A stretch of DNA of 64,000 bases from NCBI GenBank assembly GCA_951406725.2, contig OX597819.1:40052001-40116000 (forward strand). Direction: 5' to 3'. Source of the DNA: Octopus vulgaris (taxonomy: Eukaryota). The notes beneath the pieces were generated by a model. The model was not told the origin of the DNA. It saw nothing but the letters and a program-made list of their open reading frames with translations, and made no database searches. The position numbers and the translations under genes were made by a program. Of the stretch, positions 27,266 through 39,865 are shown piece after piece. The first letter of the stretch is position 1; each line of letters begins with the position of its first letter.

Positions 27266-27592
27266 TGGAGGCCCAGTGGTTAGGCCAGCGGACTCGCGGT
27301 CGCAGGATCGCGGTTTCGATTCCCAGACCGGCTGTTGTAAGTGTTTATTGAGCAAAAACACCTAAAGCTCCACGATGCTCCGGCAGGGGTGGGGTAGCGA
27401 ACCCTGCTGTACACTTTCTCTCACTCTTCCTTCCTGTTTCTATGTCACGCTGAATCTCCCCGGGAACTACGTTAAAGATACACGTGTATGTGGAGTGCTC
27501 AGCCACATGCACGTTAATTTCAGGAGCAGGTTGTTCCGTTGATCAGATCAACTGGAACCCTCGTCGTCGTAACCGACGGAATGCTACAACGA
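27266..27592 (+). mobile_element. tRNA(Arg-like) SINE, tail type A
   Basis: Head ggcccagtggttagg..ggtttcgattcccag; tail gtcgtcgtaaccgacgga. Confidence 0.82.
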
Positions 27593-27792
27593 TATATGTA
27601 TGGCATACTCAGTTGAGGCAGTATTTAATTAAAATAACCATCTATGTGTCGTAATTAAATTATACATTGTCGATAAACCAGTTTCGGCAGTATTAGACCT
27701 TAGATAACATCTCTTAGCGATTTCCAGCGTTCAAAGCAGGATGAAAATCAAAGAGACGAGCAAAATTCGTTCCTACATCGGCCAGCAACTGC

Positions 27793-28166
27793 AGGAGGGG
27801 CAATGGCCCAATGGTTCGGGCAGCGGAATCGCGGTCGGAGGATCGCAGTTTCGATTCCCAGACCGGGCGTTGTGTATGTTTATTGAGCGAAAACACTAAA
27901 GCTTCACGAGGCTCCGGCAGGGGGTGGTGGCGACCCTGTTGTACTCTTTCGCTCCAACCTTCTCTCACTCTTTCTTCCTGTTTCTTGTTCCCGACTTCCT
28001 ACGCAACCGCTGAGCCTGGATGCACATTCATTCATCCGTCGATGCTCTTGGTGTCGGGGGTTGACCTGCTTTCTCTTCTGCGGGTCTTACGAATAGCAAA
28101 GGACCACATTTCGGACTTCTCTCACCACAGACGGGACGAAGACCGCTTCGCTCAACAGCAACAGCG
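27793..28166 (+). mobile_element. tRNA(Arg-like) SINE, tail type C
   Basis: Same head; tail ccgacttcctacgcaaccgctg..gggacgaagaccg..caacagcaac. Confidence 0.8.
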
Positions 28167-28288
28167 CGAAATGCATTTCAGCTTTTTCACCTTTTTCCCA
28201 GACGATGAACTCTCGCCCGAGAATGTAGCTGGCTACGAGTATGCGCCACTGAAAACGTCTGGCGCTCTTGCTGGCTGCTGGTGAGACA

Positions 28289-28351
<63 letters not shown>

Positions 28352-28562
28352 TTTCATCTTTCTTGATTCGATAAAATAAAAATACCAGGCAACTACTGTG
28401 CTTGGGTATTATGGGCTATAACCGGCTCCCTACTGAAATAAGATTGTGACTTTTTGCCGGTTAGAAATCTGTATTAAGGCTGCATATATTGATAGTTACT
28501 TAGATTAATTTTTATCATGATAAAGCAGAGGAGTGATGTTTTTTAAAAAGCAGAGAGATAGG

Positions 28563-28672
<110 letters not shown>

Positions 28673-29193
28673 GACAGACAGACAGAGACAGACAGACAGA
28701 GACAGACAGACAGACAGAGACAGAGAGACAGAGAGGGACGGACGGATAGGCAGACAGGCAGGAACAACACAATATCAGAAGTCAACTTAGAGTAGCCTCC
28801 CTTGCAAATAGTCCATGTATTTCATCCTTGTTTACACAATGAATCTTGTTATGCAGCAACCATACGTGAGAGACTATATAAACGCTGCATCAAGATAGGT
28901 TGTCCTGTCCGTTTAATATTACTTGTTGCGTTTTGAAAGAAATTATGGACGAGATGAGACAGAGATTTTTTAGTGATAGATTTGTCTTAATCTAATTATG
29001 AACAGAAGCTGCTATAAGAACTTATTGACCTTCCTGATTCATCATGTCCAAGTACTTTCTTAACCTTCAACTATTTCGTAGTTTAGCGACCCATTTTAAT
29101 GAATGGCATTATTTAGACTTCTCTTACCTCTGTTTTTCAAAATACAAAGAACAAAAATAAAGCAGATTATTTTAATCGAACAGTAGCTAGTTT

Positions 29194-29643
29194 GGATCAT
29201 TTCGGTTTGAACGGCAGTTTTTCTAGCGGTGTCATATGAAATTGTCACCCATAATTATTACCCTAGTATCGATCTATTGCATTTCAATCTATTTTAGGGT
29301 TACGGTTAGTTAGGGTTACGGTTACGGTTACGGTAAGGGTTAGGAGTGGGGGGAGGGTATCTTTTTTTTCTTCACAAATGTAAATAAACCCAATCTGTTT
29401 CTTAAACGAGGGACATATTCATACGGCACAGAATGTTGTTTACCTCAATAGACGTCAGTGATTGGTTGAAATTGCAGAAATTGAAGAAAACAAACAACAA
29501 ATATCTTACAAACTATAGAATTTTCTCAATAAAGCCAAGAGAAAAAGATGTTTTATAAACACATTCTACCAGTATACGAAGTTTAAAATTTTTTAGTTAC
29601 CTAGAAATTATGTTAAAAACTGCCGTTCAAACCGAAAAGATTC
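29194..29643. mobile_element. MITE with ~28-bp terminal inverted repeats, an 8-bp TSD and internal telomere-like repeats
   Basis: TIRs ggatcatttcggtttgaacggcagtttt and aaaactgccgttcaaaccgaaaagattc; TSD gctagttt/gctagtgt; GGTTAG/GGTTAC repeats at 29295-29345. Confidence 0.8.
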
Positions 29644-29669
29644 GCTAGTGTTCACAATGATATATATAG

Positions 29670-30010
29670 TGTGTGGTAAAATGTTTACTTCTCCACTATA
29701 TGGTATTTGGTTCAGTCACGCTGCAAGACAAATTGGGCGAATGTCTTCTACTGTTAGCCCCAAACAGATCAAAGCCTTGTGAGGGTGATTTGGTAGACGG
29801 AAACGGAAAGAAGGCGGCGAACTGGCAGAAATGTTAGCACGCCGGCTGAAATGCTTAGGGGTGTTTTTTTCTGCCGTTACGTTCTGAGTTCAAATTCCGC
29901 CGAGGTCAACTTTGCCTTTCATCATTTCGGAGTCGATAAATTAAGTACTAGTTACGCACTAGGGTCGATGTAATCGACTTAAAGCCTTTGTCTGTCCTTG
30001 TTTGTCCCCT
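29670..30010 (+). mobile_element. Two abutting SINEs (CORE-like head 29670-29812; Meta-like 29813-30010)
   Basis: Match other copies in the window. Confidence 0.75.
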
Positions 30011-30041
30011 TATATATATGTATACACACACATATACATAT

Positions 30042-30098
<57 letters not shown>

Positions 30099-30101
<3 letters not shown>

Positions 30102-30670
30102 GGGAAGCTTTATGAAAATAAACAAAAGACGAAGGCAGGTGGAAAACAAACGAACAATTGTATTAGTATGGCGCTCAGGAAATATAAATAAAACAAGTCT
30201 TTAACGTTTCGAGCCTACGCTCTTCAACAGAAAGATACACAGAGAGAGAAAAACACAGAAAGAAGGAGAGAAAAAAATGCGTGCAGTAGCTAACGAATCA
30301 ACATGGCGATCTGATTTCGGCCAGAGGTCAAAGATCAAACATGAGACGCGAGAGCGAAATAAGGGGAGATAATAGGGTTGATAAAAGGGTTGAGGGACCA
30401 GCTAAAAGTGCGTGGGAGGGGTCTGGATGTGTGTATGTATAGGGTTGGTGTATGTATTAGTATGTATAAGGGTGTGTGTGTGTGTGTGTGTGTATGAGAG
30501 AGTATTAGTGCGTAAGATTGGTCTGGACGTGCGTATGTATGGGGTTGGTGTATGTATTAGTATGTATTAGTATGTATTAGTACGTATTGGTATGTATAGG
30601 TGGGTGTGTGTGTGTGTGAGAGAGTATAAGTGCGTATGCGGGGTCTGGACGTGTGTATGTATAGGGTTGG
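30099..30670 (-). mobile_element. Probable Penelope-type terminal repeat remnant
   Basis: Minus strand ctgttgaa-gagc(gtag)gctc-gaaacgtta is hammerhead-like and lies ~100 nt from a (TA)n end; a ~57-nt tandem unit occupies 30420-30670. Confidence 0.45.
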
Positions 30671-30691
30671 TATATACATAGATATATATAC

Positions 30692-30726
<35 letters not shown>

Positions 30727-30772
30727 CATACATATATATATATACACATATATATATACATAGTAGATATAC

Positions 30773-30824
<52 letters not shown>

Positions 30825-30965
30825 ATGAATGTATATATATATGTATATATATATATACATAGTGCATATATATGTACATATATATATGTGTGTTTGTATG
30901 AATGTATATATATATGTATATATATATACATATATATGTATATGTATACATATAAATATGTATAC

Positions 30966-31015
<50 letters not shown>

Positions 31016-31175
31016 ATGTATACATATGCATGTATATAAATCCTTTAAAATTTATGTATATATATACATATATATATATATGCATATGCATATATATGTA
31101 TATGTATATATATGCATATATATGTATATATATATACATATATATGTATATATATATATATGTATATATATATAC

Positions 31176-31225
<50 letters not shown>

Positions 31226-31368
31226 ACATATATATATCATGTATATATACATCATATATATATATATATACATATAAATATATATATATATGTGTGTACA
31301 TATATATATACATATATATATATATATACACATATCATATATATATACATATATATATATGTATATAT

Positions 31369-31449
<81 letters not shown>

Positions 31450-31485
31450 GTATATAAATACACATATATACATATATGTATATAT
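30670..31485. repeat. Degenerate (TA)n/(TG)n microsatellite
   Basis: Directly visible. Confidence 0.95.
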
Positions 31486-31619
31486 TTTGGGGCCTTTTTT
31501 GTTTTGTTTTGTTTGTTTTTTTTTGTTGTTTTTTATTTGTTTGAGTTTCCTCTTCATCTTGATGAGGAGGTCATTGCCGAGATGCATTTTTAGTGTAATT
31601 GAATTGCAGAAATGAACTG

Positions 31620-34600
31620 CGCCTATATCACACTATCTCCGCCTATATCACACTATCTCCACCTATCTCACTCTATCTCCACCTATGTCACTCTATCTCA
31701 CTGTATTTCACTCTCTCCCAGGTGTTTTAACACCTAGCATTAATTAGAAATCTCCTAAAATGCTATTCCGCCAATCTCCGGCTACCTCCGGCAATCCCCG
31801 GTAATTTCTGGCAGTCTCCGGCAATCTCCGGGTATCTCCGCCTATCTCACTCACTCCCAGGTGTTTTAACACCCAGGATTATTGGGAAATCTCCCAAAAT
31901 GCTATTCCGCCTATCTCCACCAATCTCCGCCTATCGCCGGCAATCTCCGCCACTCTCCTCCAATCTCACTCCATCTCCGCCAATCTCCGCAAATCTCACT
32001 CTATGTAAATAAAATAGAATAAAAAATAAAATAAAATATTTATTGTTTTTTATACTATTTTTTCTTTTATTTTATTTTATTGTATTTCATTTTATATTTT
32101 ATTTTCATATTATTTTATTTTAATCTATTGATTTTTAAATTTTTTTTATATTATTTTATTTTATTTTATTTATTTAATTCTTTTATATTTTATTTTTTAT
32201 TTTATTTAAAAAAAATTTTTTAATTTATTTTATTTAATTTTCTTTTTTTAATTTATTTTTAATTTATTTATTTTTAAACTTTTTTTATATTTTTTTTGAA
32301 TTTCTATTTTATTACTTTCTTTTATTTTATTTCATTTTATTTTATTTTATTTTTTTATTTAATATTTATTCTTATTTATTTAAATATTTTTATTATTATT
32401 TTATTATTTTAGTTTATATTATTTTATTTTATGTTATTTCATTTTTTATTTTTTTATTTTATTCTTTTATATTATTTTTTTTCTTATTTTTTCTTATTGT
32501 ATTTTATTTTATTTTATTTTATTTTATTTCATTTACTTTTTTTATGAGATTTCATTTTATATCATAATTTTTATTTTTTTATTTAAATTTTATTTTATTT
32601 TATTTTATTTTATTTATTTAGGTATTTTCTTCTTTTCTTAATTTTGCTTTTCTTTGTTAAGTTTTTATTTTTATTTTTATTTTTTTGTTATTTTATCATT
32701 ATTTTTTATTTTATTTCATTTTATTTTATTTTTTATTTTATTTTATTTTATTTCATTTAATTCTATATATTATTTATATTTAAAATTTTTTTTTATTATC
32801 TCCGCCTATCTTACTCAACCTTCGCCTATCTCACTCTACCTCCGCCTATCTTCGCCTATCTCACTCTATCTCCGCCTATCTTACTCTATCTTACTCTATC
32901 TCCCTCTCTCCCATGTGTTTTAACCCCCAGCATTATTGGGAAATCTTCCAAAATGCTATTCCACCTATCTCCGCGTTTCTCCACCAATCTCACTCTCTCC
33001 CTCTTTCCCAAAATGCTACTCTGCCTATCTCCGCCAATGTCAGCCAATCTCCGCCAATCTCACTCTATCTCCGCCAATCTCACTCTATCTCCGCCTATCT
33101 CACTCTATCTCCACCTATCTCACTTTATCTCCGTCTATCTCATTCTATCTCACTCTATCTCACTCTCTCCCAGGAGTTTTAACACCCAGCATTATTGGGA
33201 AATCTCCCAAAATTCTATTCGGCCAATCTCCGGCAATCTCCGGCTATCTCCAGCTATCTCCGCCTATCTCACTCCATCAAAATAAAATAAAATAAAATAA
33301 CATAAAAATAAAATTTTAATAAAAAAAATAAACAAATGAAAAAACAATTTTAAAAAATTAAAAAAATTTAAATACAAAAAATTTACTTTATTATTTATTT
33401 ATTTTTTTTAAATAAAATAAATTAAAATGATATAAAATTAAAATAAATATAAAATTTTTAAAAATTGAATAAAAAACTTTAAAATAAAATAAAATAAAAT
33501 AAAAAATAAAATAAAATTTTAATAAATGAAAACAAATATTTATTTTTTTGTTTAAATTTTTTATTTTTTTATTTTATATTATTTTATTTTCTATTTTTTT
33601 TCATTTTATTTTATTCTATTTTATTTTTTCTTATTTTATTTTATTTATCTCCCAAATAAAATAAACATTTTAATTTTTTATTTTTGTTATTTTTTAATTA
33701 TCTCCGCCTATCTCAATCTATCTCCGCCTATCTCACTCTATCTCCCAGCATTATTGGGAAATCTCCTAAAATACTATTCCGCGTATCTCCGCCAATCTCC
33801 GCCTATATCCGCATATCTCCGCCAATCTCCGCCAATGTCCACCCATCTACGCCAATCTCACTTTCTCCATCTCTCGCAGGTGTTGTAACACCCGGCATTA
33901 TTGGGAAATCTCCCAAAATGCTATTCCGCCTATCTCTGGGAATCTCCGAGAATCTCCGCCTATCTACGCCTATCTCCGCCATTCTCCGCCAATCTCCGCA
34001 TATCTCCGCCATTCTCACTCTATCTTCGCCTATCTCCGCGTATCTCAATCTATCTCACTCTCTCCCAGGTGTTTTAACACCCAGCATTATTGTGAAATCT
34101 CCCAAAATGCTATTCCGCCAATCTCCAGTAATCTCCTGCTATCTCCGGCTATCTCCGGCTATATCCGGCTACCTCCGGCAATCTTCGGCAAACTCCGGCA
34201 AACTCCGCCAATCTCCACCTATCTCCGCCACTCTCAGCCAATGTCCGCTTATCTGACTCTGTCTCCGCCTATCACATTCCGCCTATCTCCGCCTATCTCA
34301 CTCTATCTCTGCCTATCTCCGCAAATCTCCGCCAATCTCGCCAATCTCGCCAATCTCACTCTATGTAAATAAAATGAAATAAAAAATAAAATAAAATAAA
34401 TAAAATGAAATAAAATAAAATATTTATTTTATTTTCATTTTATTTTTTATTTTATGTTATTTTATTCTATTTTAATTTTTTTTATTTTATATTATTTTAT
34501 TTTGTTTTATTTTATTTTCTATGTATTTTAGTTTATTTTATTCTTTATTTTATTTTATATTATTTTATTTTATTTATTTTATTTTTTAATTTTAATTTAT

Positions 34601-37404
34601 AAAAGAATAAAAAAATTTATTTTATTTTTTACTTTTTGTTGCTCTTTAATTATCTCCGCCTACCTCACTCCATCTCACTCTAACTCACGCTTTCCCAGGT
34701 GTTTTAACACCCAGCATTATTATGAAATCTCCCAAAATGCTATTCCGCCAATCTCCTGCTACCTCCGGCTATATCCAGCTATCTCCTGCTATCTCCGACT
34801 ATCTCGGATATCTGCGGCTATCTCCGGCAATCTGCAGCAATCTCCGTCTGTCTCCGGCAATCTCCAGCAAACCCAGGCTATCTCTGGCTATCTCCTGGAA
34901 TCTCCAGCTTTCTCCGGCTATCTCCGGCAATCTCCGATGATCTTCGGGTCTTTCCGGCAAACTCCGGTAATCTTCGGCAATCTCCGCCATTCTCCGCCTA
35001 TCTAACTCTGTCTCAGGTGTTTTAACACCCAGCATTATTGGGAAATTTCCCAAAATGCTATTCCACCAATCTCCGGCAATCTCCGGCTATCTCCGGCATT
35101 CTCCGGTAATCTCCGGTAATCTCCGGCAATTTTCGGCAATCTCCGACAAACGCCAGCAAACTCCGGTAATCTCCCGCAAAGTGCGGTGAACTCCGGCAAT
35201 CTCCGCCAAACTCCAGCAATCTCCGGAAAACTGCTGCAATCAGCGGCAAACTCCCGCATTCTCCAATTTTCGTACAATCTCCGGTAATCTCCGGCAATCT
35301 CCGGAAAGCTCCGGAAAATTTCGGCAATCTACGGCAATCTCCGGCAGACTCCGCAATGTCTGGAAAACTCCGGCAATCTCCGGCAAACTCCTGCAATCTC
35401 CAGCAATCTCCGGCAAAACACCGGCAATCTACGGCAATCTCCAGCAAACTCCGCCAATCTCACTCTATCTCAAAATATCTCACTCTATCTCACTATCTCC
35501 AAGGCCTTTTAACTCCCAGCATTATTGGGAAATCTCCCAAAATGCTATTCCCCCTATATCCACCAATCCCCGCCTATTCTCCGCCAATCTACAACAATCT
35601 CACCCTATCTCCGCCAATCTCAGCCAATCTCCGCCAATCTCACTCTTTCTTCGCCTATCTCACTCTCTCCCAGGTGTTTTAAGATCCAGCATTATTGGGA
35701 AAATCTCCCAAAATGCTATTCAGCCTATCTCCGCCTATCTCCGGGTATCTCCGCCAATCTCTGCTTATCTCCGCAATATCTCCACCAATCTCCGCCAATC
35801 TCCGCATATCTCTGCCAATATCCGCCTATCTCCGCATATCTCCGCCTATCTCCGTAAATTTCTGCCAATCTCCGACAATCTCTGCCAATCTCCGCACCTC
35901 TACACTAATCTCCGCCAATCTAACTTTCTCCCTCTCCAGCATTATCGGGAAATCTCCCAAAATGCTATTCAGCCTATCTCCGCCTATATCCGGGTATCTC
36001 CGCCAATCTCTGCTTATCTCCGCAATATCTCCACCAATCTAGGCCAATCTCCGCGTATCTCTGCCAATATCCGCCTATCTCTGCCAATTTCCGACAATCT
36101 CTGCCAATCTCCGCACCACTACACTAATCTCCGCCAATCTAACTTTCTCCCTCTCCAGCATTATTGGGAAATCTCCCAAAATGCTATTCCGCCTATCTCC
36201 GGCAATCTCCGGTAATCTCCGCCAATCTCCGCCTATCTCACTCTATCTTCGCCTATCTCACTCTATCAAGAGAAAATAAAATAAAAATGAAAACAAATAA
36301 AAATAAAAAACAATAAAAAAAACAAAAACTTTTTTAAATAAAATTTTTTTTTATTTTATTGTATTTTATTTTTATTTTGTTTTTAATTTTATTTTTATCT
36401 ATATTTTATTTTATTTTATTTCATTTTCATTTCATTTTTTTTATATTTTACTTTTTTTAGTATTTTATTTTTATTTTTATCTATATATTTTATATATTTT
36501 TAAATTTCATTTTATTTTATGTTATTTTATTTTTTTAATTTAATTTTATTTTAATTTTATTTGTTATTTTATTTTATTTATTTTATTTTATTTTATATCA
36601 TTTTATTTTATATTATTTTATTTTTTATATTATTTTTTATTATTTTTTATATTATTCTATTTCATTTTATTTTTTTATTCATTTGTTATATTTATTTTCA
36701 TTTTATCTTATTTTATTTTAATTTTTTATAATTTTATTTTCATTTTATTTTATTTTATTAAATAAATAAAATAAAATAAAGTGAAAAAATAAAAATAAAA
36801 ACAATTAAAAGAATAAAAAATTTTAAAGAATTAAAAAAAATAAATAAATTTGTTTTTAAATATCTCCACCTATCTCACTCTATCTCCACCTATCTCACTC
36901 TGTTTCCACCTATCTCACTCTATTTCCGCCTATCTCACTCTCTCCCGGGTGTTTTAACACCCAGCATTGGGAAATCTCCCAAAATTCTATTCCGCCAATC
37001 TCCGGCTATCTCCGGCAATCTCCGGCTATATCTGACTATCTCCACCTATCTCCGCCTATCTCACTCTATCTCCGCCTATCTTACTCTATCAAAATAAAAT
37101 AAAATAAATATTAAAAAATAAACAAATGGGAAAAAAAACAATTAAAAAAAACAAACATAAAAAATATAAAAATTATTTATTTATTTATGTATTTATTTTT
37201 TTTAAATAAAAAAATTAAAATAAAATATGAAATATAAAACATAAAATAAATAAAATAAAAAATAAAATTAAATCTAAAATATAAGAAAAATTATTTTTTA
37301 TTTTTTATTTTATTTTATTTTATTCTTTTTTTTTATTAATTTTTTTATTTTAATTTTTTTCAATATTTTTTCCTTTTGATTTTTATTTATATTTTTTTAT
37401 TTTA
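31620..37404 (+). repeat. Complex satellite: ~14 copies of a ~50-bp double-hairpin motif in 10-bp (ctatctccgc/caatctccgg) repeats, alternating with almost pure A/T blocks
   Basis: Motif ggtgttttaacacccagcattattgggaaatctcccaaaatgctattccg, complete or 5'-truncated, at about 31721, 31860, 32914, 33173, 33744, 33879, 34068, 34698, 35016, 35503, 35673, 35936, 36155 and 36948. Confidence 0.9.
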
Positions 37405-38555
37405 AGCTGCCTAACTCAGCTCCATACAACGCTATGACTGGGTGCTAAAACGACTGCTCAACCACTCAAATGTGGAAGTCTTGGGACCACTACTGTTCAT
37501 AATGGCCCTCTCAGACATGCCCTCAGCTACGCAGAGAGCCACGATCACAAGTTATGCAGATGAAACAAAAGTTTCACAGGCAATACAGAACCCTGAAGAC
37601 ACTATGCACCTGCAATGTGAGCTGGACAAAATATACAAGTGGGCTGAAAAGAATAGCATGCAGTTCAATGCTGAAAAGTTTCAAGCTTTATGTTATCAGC
37701 ATGCAAAACTAAATGCAATACCCAATAAATACACTGGACCTGGAGGGATTGCAATCCCAGAGGCACAATCAGTGCGAGACCTGAGTATTTACATGAGTGA
37801 TGATGCAACCTTTCATGTGCATGTTGCTAAATTGGCAATGAAATGTAGGCAGCTGACCGGACGGATTCTTAGAACCTTTAGAACAAGAGACCAGGAAACC
37901 ATGATGGTCCTCTGGAGGACACTTGTCCTAAGCCACTTTGACTATTGCTCTCAGCTATGGTCACCAACCAGTGTCAAATTAATCACAGAACTTGAGGCGA
38001 TCCAACGAAGCTACACGAATAAGTTAGCCTATGTGCAGCATATAAGCTACTGGGAAAGACTCAAGAGATTAAGACTCTATTCCTTAGAGCGTAGGCGAGA
38101 AAGCTATGCCATAATATACATCTGGAAGATCCTGGAGGGACTTGTCCCAAACTTTGGCATTGAGAGTTACACAAATACTAGAACTGGGCGCCACTGCATA
38201 GTTCCAAGGACTCCAAATTTTCCATCAAGATGTAGGACAAGATACTGTGATAGCCTGGGCTTCAGAGACCCACAACTCTTCAATATCCCCCCGAAGAACC
38301 TGAGAGACCTGCATGGAGTAGATGCAGATGTCTTTAAAATAAAACTGGTTCTCTTCCTGTCAGGTGTCCCAGATGAACCAACTTCACGGCAGGAGGTGCA
38401 GATGAGGGCAGCTGCATCGAACTCTCTCATGCACCAAACGGCAATTACTAAAAAGCATTCGTGAAGTAAAATCATGTAGCAACACCAAATGGCGGTGCCC
38501 CAGCATGGCCACAGCTCGTGAGCTGAAACTAGATAAAATAAAATAAAATAAATAA
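37405..38555 (+). mobile_element. 5'-truncated CR1-group LINE (RT C-terminal half, 3' UTR and (TAAAA)n tail), internally deleted
   Basis: SCLTQL..DWVLKRLLNHSNVEV is fused to LGPLLF (the DFAKAFD..GVPQG segment is missing); SYADETK, MQFNAEK, DYCSQLWSP and YWERLKRLRLYSLERRR follow. Confidence 0.88.
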
Positions 38556-38701
38556 ATATATACATATATATATATATATATGCAATAAAAGCAATTAAGA
38601 TTCAAGTCAATTCTAATGAATTTACTTGAATGCGGTACTTAACTTAGATGCACCAGAAAACTATATGGTGTTAACCATACAGTAATGTGGGGTGATTATA
38701 A

Positions 38702-39822
38702 ACGAGAAAGAAGCAACAAGAATGGATTAGTTTTTAGTACAATTGTTTCATACAAAGACAGGCTTTATTAAAAGTTGCAAAAATTGCAGCAGATAAAAGT
38801 GTCCCGTACTCATCAGCTAAAATACATATGAGTTCTCCAAACATCTTAGTGGGTGAGGCTATACTCATGAAGTATTGGAGATAATTTCATTAAAAGCAGA
38901 TTTAGGTTGTAAACAGATTTCCAAAGTTCCTTAATGATGATGCACAGTCATATCACAGGTTTTTAAAAAAAGCTTATTAGCTTCACAGAGAAGGTGAATT
39001 AATCCGTAGTGTAGATGTAAATTTCCAGAGATATGAGGAGGAATTTCATACTCACAGACGATGAATTTATCCATGGTTAATCCACAATGAGGTGGGTATC
39101 ATTTCATGCTATATGATAAGGTATTTGCCACATTACTGTTCTTTTCACAAGACTGCTAAGTTATGACTTCTAAAGGCTGAAGGAATTTTTGTGGAGCAAA
39201 GAAAAGAAAAGAAAGGAAAGAGAAGAAAAGAGACAAGGAAAGGGAAAAAGAAAAAAGAAAAAGGAAAAAGAAAAAAGAAAAAAGGAAAAGAAAAAAGAAA
39301 AAAGAAAAGAGGGGAGAAGAAAAGAAAAAAGAAGAAAAAAGAAAAAGAAAGAAGAAAAAAAGAAGAAAAAGAAAAAAGAAAAAGAAAAAAGAAAAAAGGA
39401 AAAGAAAAAAGAAAAAAGAAAAAGGGGAGAAGAAAAGAAAAAAAGAAGAAAAAGAAAGAAAAAAGAAAGAAGAAAAAAAGAGAAAAGAAAAAAGGGGAAA
39501 GAAAAAAGGGAAAGAAGGGAGAAAAGAAAAAACGCCCACATAGAGTATACTGTGACAACTTGGAGGGAAGGGGGTTCTAAAGTGACATACTACACAGAAG
39601 AATTTGTAGACGGCCTGGCTGGCTTGAATTTGCAAGAATCCAGGAACTATAAGGAGAATATTATTTTTGACCATGGAGCAGAGTTGGCAACCAACCCTGT
39701 TATTTTTATACGGCATTGCTCTCCTAACTATTTCCCAATTAAGGTTATAATTCCTGTTATTATTTTTGAGTTCCCAGATCTTACTTGAAAGTGTGGTGGT
39801 ATCAGCTTTATGATGTAATTTA
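38702..39822 (-). mobile_element. Inverted arm of a Penelope-like insertion
   Basis: Reverse complement of 39866-41594, lacking 40018-40773 (TGG microhomology at the junction). Confidence 0.88.
38732..38822 (-). ncRNA. Type I hammerhead ribozyme (mirror of 41474-41564)
   Basis: Reverse complement of the plus-strand copy with the core intact. Confidence 0.8.
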
Positions 39823-39865
39823 AAAGATGAGACGTGATTTCTAACTCTGTCTTTAAAATTTATCG

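Noticed and set aside
28000-28110. Possible HDV-like ribozyme in SINE tail C
   Set aside because: A hairpin is present, but I could not build the nested double pseudoknot by eye.
32913-36042. Ser/Pro/Ile-rich ORFs in the array
   Set aside because: Products of 10-bp repeats cycling through frames, with frequent stops.
31620-37404. CRISPR array interpretation
   Set aside because: Spacers are internally repetitive and very unequal in length, there are no cas genes, and the context is eukaryotic.
39145-39788. Lys/Glu/Arg-rich and Phe-rich ORFs
   Set aside because: Purine tract in the Penelope UTR whose length differs between the two arms; same for 40767-41151.
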